Shown here one piece after another: positions 26,560 through 37,290 of a DNA stretch of 64,000 nucleotides. This DNA comes from the human T2T-CHM13v2.0 reference genome, Homo sapiens: the NCBI RefSeq assembly GCF_009914755.1, contig NC_060930.1; one strand, given 5' to 3'. The position numbers were made by a program, and so were the translations under genes. The notes beneath the pieces were generated by a model. The model worked only from the letters and a program-made list of their open reading frames with translations, was not told the DNA's origin and ran no database searches. Numbering within the stretch: position 1 is the first letter of the stretch; the number at the start of each line of letters is the position of its first letter.

Positions 26560-28420
26560 GAAGGCTGGTGTTTCCGATTTGCCACTATTACACAGCGGCC
26601 CGCGAGAAGCATCTCTTGGCTCGAAGCGCGCTGTAGGTGAACCGCCCTTGACTTAAACGCCAACACATCTAAAAGGGGGCGAGGGACGCTTTATTTTCAT
26701 TTCCCTGACCACTACTGAGGTGAGCATTTCTTTCACTCGCGTACTTGTTTGTATTTTTTCTGCTGTTCACGTCCAATAGAACACTGGTTTTCTATTGGAG
26801 GCTTTTGGGTTTTTTCCCCCATTTCCCTTTCGTTACAAACGACCCGCTGCGGCCGCCTCCTGCTTGTCCCCACAGGCCCATTCAACAGCCCAGCACGGAA
26901 GGCCGGGAAAGCGGCGCTCGCCGCTCCAACAACCTCGCGCAGTCCGTGGCTCCTCCCTGCCCTCGCGCGACTCGCAGGCCTGGGCGGAGGGCTGCGTCCG
27001 CCACCGCGCAACCTCGCGCACGCGCACCACGCTCGCCTCGCAACCCCCCCCCCCCGCCCCTCCCCCGCCCCCGCAAAGGCTGTTCTCAGAGTCGGAAATG
27101 GACGCACGGCAGCTGGGGCGAATGGCCGCGGACTACACTTCCCGAAGTGCCGCGCGAGGTATTCTCGGCGGTGATTGGGGCAAACGGCCACGGACTACAC
27201 TTACTTACATGCCGCGCGAGGCGCCTCCGCCGCCGGGGCAAACGGCCACGAACTACACTTCCCGACACGCCGCGTGAGGCGCTGCCAGCGGCCGGCCGAG
27301 GGCGGGCGGACGCGGGAGCTGCGGACGTGAGGCATGAGCGGCGCCCTCCTCCGGCCCGCGAGCGTCCTGCTGGTTCCCCGAGCGAGGGTCTCGCGGCGCG
27401 GGGCCTAGCGGAGGGCATCGAAGGCCTCCGCGTGCGCACGGGTTGCTGCGGCCGCGCCGGGCGCCGGGGAGGGCGGCGGCCGCCATGGAGGTGAGCGGGC
27501 CGGAAGACGACCCCTTCCTTTCGCAGCTGCACCAGGTGCAGTGCCCCGTGTGCCAGCAGATGATGCCCGCCGCGCACATCAACTCGCACCTGGACCGCTG
27601 TCTGCTGCTCCACCCGGCGGGGCACGCGGAGCCCGCGGCCGGGTCGCACCGCGCCGGGGAGCGGGCCAAGGGGCCCTCGCCGCCCGGCGCCAAGAGGCGG
27701 CGGCTGTCGGAGAGCTCGGCGCTGAAGCAGCCAGCCACCCCGACGGCAGCCGAGAGCAGCGAGGGCGAGGGTGAGGAGGGCGACGACGGCGGCGAGACCG
27801 AGAGCCGCGAGAGCTACGACGCGCCGCCCACACCCAGCGGCGCCCGCCTTATCCCCGACTTCCCGGTGGCCCGCTCCAGCAGCCCCGGGAGGAAGGGGTC
27901 GGGGAAGAGGCCGGCGGCCGCCGCCGCGGCGGGGAGCGCGTCTCCGCGCAGCTGGGACGAGGCGGAGGCGCAGGAGGAGGAGGAGGCCGTGGGCGACGGC
28001 GATGGCGACGGGGACGCGGACGCGGACGGCGAGGACGACCCGGGGCACTGGGACGCGGACGCTGCCGAAGCCGCCACCGCCTTCGGGGCCAGCGGCGGGG
28101 GCCGCCCGCACCCCCGGGCGCTGGCTGCCGAGGAGATCCGACAGATGCTACAGGGCAAGCCGCTGGCCGACACGATGCGTCCTGACACGCTGCAGGATTA
28201 CTTCGGGCAGAGCAAGGCCGTGGGCCAGGATACCCTGCTGCGCTCGCTCCTGGAGACCAACGAAATCCCCTCGCTTATCCTGTGGGGGCCGCCGGGCTGC
28301 GGCAAGGTGAGTGCGGCCTTGGCCGTTGGGCTTCCGTAGTTATCTCGGCGGTGGATGCAGCTGATGGTCGGAGAGCCGGGTGTGCTGCCCTCGAAAGAAG
28401 CCGCCTGCCTCTCCTGGATA
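26560..28420. promoter_or_regulatory. WRNIP1: CpG island / WRNIP1 promoter and exon 1
   Basis: Very high GC and CpG density; GC boxes at 27056-27072; ACTACA-containing repeats at 27115-27282; borders approximate. Confidence 0.92.
27485..28306 (+). CDS. WRNIP1: WRN helicase interacting protein 1, coding exon 1 (UBZ zinc finger, acidic low-complexity linker, start of AAA+ domain)
   Basis: gccgccATGG Kozak at 27485; MEVSGPEDDPF..., CPVC..HLDRC UBZ finger, Walker A GPPGCGK ending at donor AAG|GTGAGT (28306/7); 822 nt, phase 0. Confidence 0.98.
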
Positions 28421-30552
28421 AGGGGGTGCAGACTTGGGCTGGGCTGGGGCAGTGCCTGGTCCACAGGTGGAGTCTGTGATGGGTGTGAAAAGGGCACACA
28501 CCCCCAGATTGGTAAGGCAGGCTTGCCGGGTTTGCAAAAGGACGATGTCTGTGAATCCATAGTTTTACAAGATGTGGACTCTTAGATTTGATCTGCCTTT
28601 ATCTTCCATCGGTCTCCCCGCCCCCTCCCCAGACTTTGATTTAGTAACCGAATTCGCAAGGAATCAGCATGTTTAAATTGTAAAGAAACATTTGTATATT
28701 CCGTTTGTACATAATAACGGATTCAGCTTTGAAAAAAATCAAATTAATTCTGTTGTGCTTCCTTCCTTTTCCACTAGTTGTTGGTTTAACAGACTGGTAT
28801 TTATTCTTAAGAATAAGTTTATTTAACATTCTTATATTCTTGAGAATATATTGATTTTACTAAATATACTCATGTATTTACAAAACTAACATAAAAACTT
28901 TTTCATCTGCAAGTCATTTTCATCCGGTATTTCCGTAACTTTTCTCATAATGCCTTGTACTCTAGAGAAGAAACATCCGTGCATTTTGGTGTCCAGTTCT
29001 GTGTCCCTTCGTGAGGCGTTAGCGTTCCAGATGAGGGCAGTTAGGATATTGTGAGTCTAGAAAGCATGTCATTGGAAAAACACTTGAGAAAAAAATGGAG
29101 GAGGTGAGCCAGAAAACAGAGAAAGCTAAGAAGTGCTTAAATACAGGATGCTTTTATCCATAATAAGGGAGAAGAACCAGCATCAGGAAGGGAAAGGGAG
29201 AATTCAGGGATCAAACTGTAAAGAGTTCTTGTAGCTTTGAGATTCAGACTCGTTTGCACACAAGGCTTTTATGATTTTTCTCCTATTTTTCTTTCTAGCT
29301 TTATCTCCCACAACTTAAGCACACCCCCTTTAACTCCAGTTCCTGGAATGAATTGCCCTTTTTGTGCCTTCTTGTTTGCACTCATGCCTTCCCTTTGGCC
29401 AGGAATAAACCACATCTATCCCAAATAACATCTTATGATGATGGTGGTCGAGTTGTTGACGTCTGTCCCCATGGATTTAGTTGTTAACCCCATTTAAGGG
29501 ATTGAGCAGTATCATTCTTAGTAATTGTGAAGTCTTTACATAAGATCATGAGAATGGATAATCAGCTGTTGGTGGCCCCAGACAGCAAGAAGGTCCTTAG
29601 GGAGACGAGTGGGTGAGCTCATCCCACCTACCAAATGCCAGGCAAGAGGTTTGGGTGGTCCAGGCTGCTCAGTGAGATGGGCGTTGGTCATTTGCAAGCC
29701 TAGGCATCTGTGACTTGCGAGCCTGATTCCAAAAGGCAGGCAGGCGGGGATTTCTGAAAGAAGCAGCCACAGAATGGGTGCTCTACAACTTTTAGAAAAG
29801 AAAGTACCACCTTTCCATTTAGGTGCAGATTTGTCACACTCATTAAACAGTCTTCAGTTTTTCTTCTCATCCTTTAGTACTAATAACAACATTCATATTA
29901 ATAACAGCATATACATATTTGTTGAGGACCCAAGAAGTGCTTTACCTGGGTCTCCTTGGTTTTCTAGTAATTGCTAATGTGACCACAGTGCTGCCCTTCA
30001 TCTCCTACCAGAGTGAACATGCAGAAGTGGCCTACAGTCATCTCAAATGCTAGGTGGATGTCATTGGTCTCAAGGCAAATGCTCCCTCACTCTCCTTTTC
30101 TCAGCTGTCCTGAGCTTCCAGTTCGGGCTGTGGTTCTGCGATGAGTTCTGCACCTAGATCCTTCCGTGCTGTCTCGGCTAGAGGAGGGAGAATTTTCTCT
30201 TTGGTGAGAGGTCACAGCTGTCACTCTGCTAAATCAAGACAGCCGTTCTTTACTGGGATTCCAAAGATCTTAAAGAGTCACCCAAAAAGGAATCAAAGGT
30301 GGTTAGGGACAGAGGAGAAAAGGTCAGGATTAGCCTAAGGTTTAGCTACTTTCCTGTTTTATTTATAATATTTTTGTTGTTGTTGTTTTTAAATGTCCTG
30401 TGGTATTTTTGATTGTTTCTGTGCTGCTCAGCATTCTTCCGAGGTCAAGTTGCTTTTGGTAAATAGTGATGCTGCGTGTGGTGGTTCCCATGGGTGCTGG
30501 TCTCTCTGTGTCTTACCAGCTTTTCAAACTCCATGTATGTCATCTTTTCTAG

Positions 30553-30744
30553 ACCACTCTGGCTCACATCATAGCCAGCAACAGCAAGAAACATAGCATA
30601 AGGTTTGTGACATTATCTGCAACAAATGCCAAGACAAATGATGTGCGAGATGTCATAAAACAAGCTCAAAATGAAAAGAGCTTTTTCAAAAGGAAAACCA
30701 TCCTTTTTATTGATGAGATTCATCGGTTCAATAAATCTCAGCAG
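30553..30744 (+). CDS. WRNIP1: WRNIP1 exon 2
   Basis: ttttctag|ACC acceptor; TTLAHIIA...ILFIDEIHRFNKSQQ (completes Walker A, contains Walker B); donor CAG|GTATAT; 192 nt. Confidence 0.97.
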
Positions 30745-31981
30745 GTATATTAACTTCCTTCTACCTTTTGGTCGTTGTGAACATCAAACAATATAAAGTG
30801 TGTGAGATCACTATACAAACGCTAGAGACTTATGAGCTTTGTTTACAAAGAAGCGTAGGCTTGTGAACCCATCTCCTTCAAGCCTATTTCTCCATACATT
30901 TCTTAGTGTTTTTTGATAACAAGAAAATGCTTTCTCTATCTGATAAATGAAATGGTTGGCATATCCCTGAGCTATACGTATCAGAAAAGCACCTTTGAAT
31001 CAAATTTCCAGTTTTAGGAATTTTTAATCTAAATACTAGGAGTCATTGTGAACAGTAAAATAATGATTTTAAGGTCATTATTTTAATGGGTTTTTAAAAA
31101 TTACTTTAACAGTATTTTTATTTTGAAAATTAAACAATCGGTATTTTCTGTAACTCCAGGCTCTGTCTTCAAGGTGAATGTTGGAAGAGCTAATGATTAC
31201 TGTTTATTTAAATGGATTTCTGAAATAAAAGGACACAAGCTATTTTTATAAACAAAGCCACTTAGAGATTTAAAAAAAAATAAACATTAAAATTTTATTG
31301 GGCTGAGATCTGAGAGCTATACTCTAAATAAAAAAAAATTAAATTTTTAGGCATAACTTTAAAAAATTTTTTTTTGTAACTTTTTAATCATACATAGAAT
31401 ATTTCACAAAACTCTACTGAGCCTTTTTTGAACCTTTTTGAATAAAAAGACCCTTTTAAAGTTCTGACGAGGCGTTAGCATTCTAGGTTTCATATTGGAC
31501 CACTGACTCATCTTAGTATTTTTTCCCCATAAAACAGCATAATAGGAATAATAATAATATGATTGAGTGCTTGCTGTGGAAGAAGATTCTGGAAGTGTTA
31601 ATGTTTTTGTGTGTTCTTGTCTATAAATAAATAGCTGTTACATATAAGCTATGTGCCAGTTCAGCCTTTGGTAGAAGATGGTTTTCTGAGTAAAGAAATC
31701 ATTTATGTTGAAACTAAGCTAGAATTCTACTTAAAGCTATTAGTCTACCAGCAAGAGATCAGGCTTGGACGGGCATTCCAGAAGATGTGTTTCAGACTTA
31801 AAAGCAAGAGTTGTACTCCCCCAAATATTGCATCTATATTCAGTGAATATAAGGCTGCTGCTATTCCTGAACTCGAAAGATAAAAATGAGGAAAAGGAAG
31901 GAAGGGATAGCCAACTTACATAGGATTCTGCAGGTGGCTGTTGACTGGAATCACTTTTTTCTGTTTTCCTCCCATGATTAG

Positions 31982-32223
31982 GACACTTTCCTTCCTCACG
32001 TGGAATGTGGGACGATCACTCTGATTGGGGCAACCACTGAAAACCCTTCCTTCCAGGTCAACGCTGCTCTTCTGAGCCGCTGTCGAGTGATTGTTCTTGA
32101 GAAGCTTCCAGTAGAGGCAATGGTGACTATTTTAATGCGAGCGATCAACTCCCTGGGAATCCACGTCCTAGACTCTAGCCGTCCCACTGACCCTCTGAGC
32201 CACAGCAGCAACAGCAGCTCAGA
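31982..32223 (+). CDS. WRNIP1: WRNIP1 exon 3
   Basis: ttag|GAC acceptor; [24 protein letters not shown]...LLSRC (sensor-1/Arg-finger region); donor GA|GTAAGT; 242 nt. Confidence 0.97.
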
Positions 32224-33407
32224 GTAAGTTGACAGTGTGCAGCGTCCTGGGGGCACACACCTCCCAGAGAGTCTCCTGGCAGGGGGCCAGAAAGGGCCGG
32301 GCGTCAGTGAGGAGAGGGTGGGGACAGAGAAGAAATGTTGATCCGCCCGTAATGAAAATAAAAGAGGAGGGAAATGTTCGATTATACCTAACAGAGTTAT
32401 CCCTGCACACTTGAAGATGCATTTTCCAGCCTCTAATATGTGTTTCTATAATTCTTCAAGCTTTAACTTTGCTTTGTTGTTTTGGTTCTTGGGTGTTTGC
32501 TTTTGTGCTTAGGCTTCTATGGGAAGCCTTATTGATGATTTGAAAGGCTTTATGTCCCTCATTGAATAGAACAAATAGATAGATAAATACTTTCTAGACT
32601 TACCATACAACTCTTTTGAGCATTGTACTCATGTTTCAATTTCTTTTTAACCTGCAGTTTAGCATTTTGTTAAAAAAAAAAAATCAAGTAAAAATTAACT
32701 TGTAACCTTAAAATTATGTAATCCTTTTTGTGTAGTTGAAACTCAGTTTCATGAAAGTAAAGGAATGTTAACTGAATATGACATTATAGGCTGTCCCTAT
32801 CCTTTTAGTGACCTATTTCTGCATCATGAGTACCACATGAGCTCGTTAATGCACCAAGTGTATATCATAGATAATTTGATTTCTTGGGTCAGGGGTTTTC
32901 CTTTTTTTTAATATTAGAACATATTCTTCAGATGGTATTTGTTCATACGTTGGCTGAAATACTGCCATGGAACATAATCTGGTCTGATGAGAGGCTATTG
33001 CCCACCTCCTCCTGCTGTGGACTCTGCAGCTGCTCGTGCCTGCCCTGAGGCCAAGTTCTGGAGCCACTTTTCTGTGAGGATTAAAGTACAAGGCATAGTT
33101 TAGGCTCAGGGTTTAGGTTTCACCAGGCTCTCCCTATGTGTCTGGCCCCATTTGCTCCTGTCTGAGATGGAGGGAGAATTCTGCTGTGTCTAATGAAAGC
33201 ATTGAAACATTTGGCCCGTGGACCACTGGGTAGGACAGAGTGGCCTTGTTTTGGAATACCGTTGTGATGGGGATAGCCATTACATCTGTGGCCACAAGCA
33301 GTGTGTGGAACCTGTGGTATCAGCCACATGGACTCATACTCAGAAGTGCTTTATGTGGTGGGCATTTGTCAGAGCCTAAGGGGGCTGCCAGCTCCTCATA
33401 TGTAGTA

Positions 33408-33630
33408 CAGGTTGAGTATCCCAAATCTGAAATCCAAAATGCTCCCAAATCTAAAGCTTTTTGAGCACCTTCATGATGCTGTGAAAGGAAATGCTTATTG
33501 GAGCACTTCAGATTTCTGGATTTTGGGTGCTCATCTGGTAAGTATATAATGCAAATATTCTAAAATCAAAAAAATAGGAAATTCAGACCACTTCTGGTCC
33601 CAGGCACTTCAGATGTGGGATACTCATGTG
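33408..33630 (+). mobile_element. Tigger4a/MER46-type MITE
   Basis: TA-flanked; terminal inverted repeats caggttgagtatccc ... gggatactcatgtg. Confidence 0.8.
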
Positions 33631-35644
33631 TAGGTTTCCCGTAACAGAATTCTCATTACAGACGCATAGAACCACATGGTAAAGACAAATTGAAAGAAAA
33701 GGGGGGAAATCCTAACATGTTTCATGTTTCTGTGTGTTCTTTGCTCTGTGTACTGGTTATCGTAATGTATCTGCAACTTAATATTCTGCATGTGTACTTG
33801 TCTGGGGTGATTTTTATTGATTTCATGTCATCAGTTCATGAAATAGAACATGAAATCAATAATTAATATTGATGACATGAAGTCAATAATAATCAGTTGT
33901 TACTCAGATACCCTCAGGTTTTTTCACCTCTCCCCAGTCACTGCCATGCAGGAATTTAAAGGAAATGAGAAAGGCGGCAGCCAAGGAGCTCATCCTTGTG
34001 AGAAGAATTTCTATATTTTATTATTAAAAATCCTCAGGTGATTTGCAGGCACATTAAAGTTTGAGAAGATCAAGTGAAATAATTAAGATTTAGTTATTGA
34101 AACTGATATAACAATGAGCTAGAGATTGTTTATCTGCTAAAATTGCTTTTCAGAGAAAACTTCCCATATCCAGTAAATGATTTACTATTTCCACTACCGC
34201 TTGCTTAGACTTGATCCCAATTATATTTGCTATCTTGTGTCCCCCGCTTTCCTGGGAAGACTGTGAGGACAGGAGCTTGTCCCTGTTCATATCCCCAGCA
34301 CAGTGCCTGGCACACATTATGTGCTTTGTGAATGGTTTGGAAATGAATAAATCCTAGCTTTCGATATGAGAAAAGTAGTTTAATATGTTTTGCATTATCC
34401 AGCATAAGGGATAATTACCCAGGTATCAAGAGCCTTTTTCTTTAATACTATTGCCCTTTTCATCAGCAGCAAGCAGAGTAAAATGAAAGAATGTTAAGCT
34501 TAAAACCATTAATTGGTCAACTTGTTAGCAATTCTAACAAGAAGTTAAGTTAGGAGATATCATAGGCCACAGAAAGAACTCTTACAAGTGATTTCCGAAT
34601 ACAAGTACCTGCCACCCCAACTGTCAGGGATAATTAAGAGTGGATTGGGATGTCTTTTAGTTGTTTTAGGTAAAATTTTGCTTTCCAATCCCTGTTGACA
34701 GCTATATATACATCCTTGTGCATATAAATCAGATTTGGTGACACTAATCTAGTTGAAAGAAAAGACTTCCAACCCCATATACTTACTTTCTCTCTCCAGG
34801 AAGCTATTGGTGTGCATTTGTATTCTTGTGTCATGTTTTGGTGCCCTAGATAGCAACTAGAACATTTACAGAGAAGTCCCAGGCTGTTGAACTGCACGTG
34901 AGAGGAGGTGAGCAGGGCACTGGATTTGGAAACTAATCAAGCTGCCGCTTAGCCGTTCTTGATTGCACTTGAGGAATTGTGAGTTGTCACACAGTATACT
35001 CATGTAAGTGATAAATTCCCATTAAAGTGAAATAAGTGTTCTTTTTTTAAAAAAAAATTCCCTCCTGTAGTTATTATTCAGTCAAAATTGAAGCTCCTGC
35101 ATATGCTAGGCATTGGCTGAGGGTTGAAAAGCTTGTTCCTGTGCCTTCAGAGGGAGCGCAGTATGATGAAGGCTAGGGGAGCAGGTCCACTTCCAGTGCC
35201 ACGCTTATACGCCAAGTGCAGTGGGCGTAGAGAAGCAGCATTCAGAATATGTGAAATCCAGTATTTCACCTCCTAGATGAGGGGATGCGGAGTTGAGTTT
35301 TGAAGGATAAGCAGAATTTAACTGAGTGAAATAGAAAGCTCATTGTCTATGCCATAGTTGCTTTGGTTTGTATGGCTAAGCAGTAGTGTTCAGGTATTTT
35401 GCTCTCCCAAAAATATTTGGATCACATGATACAAACAGTGAAGATTCTGTCTGCTCTGGGTTAATTTTGGAGGCCAGGAAAAAAATGTCCATGATTCATG
35501 ATACGAAGAATGAGCTTGTGCTGCTGAAAATGAAAAAGTAAGCTAGCATTTCGTCATCCTGCACTACTTGCTGCTTTGAAGGAATATAGATTCCTAGGTC
35601 ATAGAATATATACATAGTCAAAAACACTCCTAAAGAATCAATTA

Positions 35645-36107
<463 letters not shown>

Positions 36108-36425
36108 CTAATCATCTGGAGAGGAGAGCCCCTGACAAGCTGGCCCCCAAACAAGGTGGCTATGGATTCTTCTTTTTATAAAAGTTTAAAGTGTCTTAAA
36201 TAACCTTTTGTGCCATTGAATAGAAAGAAAGGTAGTGGAACTCCAGAATACAAGGGATTGGCCAGAATAAATGGTTGGTATAGAGTAGATGTCAATCTTT
36301 TTATTTAAAAATTTTTTAAGTACATTAATACAGTACATTAACATAGCTGTTTTAATACAAGGGTGCATTAAAATAATGCCATAAAAGCACCAGCAGCCAG
36401 AACCACAGATCTCATGGTCCTTGGA

Positions 36426-36836
36426 TGCACTTCCTGTGGCTGCTGTAACAATTGCCACAAACTGGGTGGCTCAGAACACAGAGCTTTATCCTCACAGTTC
36501 TGAAAGCCAGAAGACCAGAATCAAGGTATCAACAAGGCGATGCTCTCATCCAGCATCTGATGGCCCTTGGCATTCCTTGGCTTATGACTATGTCACTCCA
36601 GTCTCTACATCCATCTTCACATGGTGGCCTTCTTCTCTGTGTCCTTACGTCTTCTCTTTTTCTGTGTTTTGTAAGGACATTTGTCATTGGATTTAAGGTA
36701 CACTCTAAATCCAGGATGATTTCATCTTGAGACCCTTAGTTACATCTACAAAGACCCTATTTCCAAATAAAGTCACAGTCACAGGTTCCAGGGATTAGGA
36801 CTTACATCTTTTGGGGTCACTATTCAACCCACTACA
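36426..36836 (-). mobile_element. MLT1 (MaLR) LTR
   Basis: ggctgctgtaacaa..ccacaaactgggtggct ... caaagaccctatttccaaataa ... attcaacccactaca. Confidence 0.85.
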
Positions 36837-37079
36837 GACCCCTACCAAGTATAATGTAATTTGGAAAGACATGTGCCTCCATGGGATTAAACAGAAAGAC
36901 GTCGTCATCTGAAATGTACCTTCTCTCTTTGTGGAGAAAGTCAGTTTTGTTTTGCTTTGCTTTCACTCTGATGTTATGGAAGCGGCAGCATCTGGGGCTC
37001 TCCCTTGGATATGTGCAGTTCTGGAGAGTATGCTGTTGCACAGTCTGATGAGGGTGATTCTCCTCGCTGTTGATACCAA

Positions 37080-37290
37080 AGCAGTATTTGTCGAGTCTCA
37101 TGACATGGCAGGCACTGCTCTAAGCATTCCACATGTCTTAATCTCATTCAGTCCTCAATACAGCTCTGCAAAGTAGATCTCATTACCTCCTATTTACTAG
37201 ATGAGGAAACTGAGGCACAAAAAGGTTAAGTAACATGCCCAAGACCAACCAGCTTCAATGTGATGGAGCCAGTGTTTAAGGCATGTCTCT
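37080..37290 (-). mobile_element. MIR
   Basis: agatgaggaaactgaggcacaaaaaggttaagtaacatgcccaag core. Confidence 0.8.

Noticed and set aside
27115-27282. Regularly spaced repeats superficially like a CRISPR array
   Set aside because: Human DNA, only three degenerate tandem units, no unique spacers of constant length and no cas genes
27086-28111. 341-aa antisense ORF and other long overlapping ORFs (26745-27494, 27771-28310 and others)
   Set aside because: Expected from stop-codon scarcity in a GC-rich CpG island and coding exon; Arg/Gly/Pro-rich with no recognisable domain
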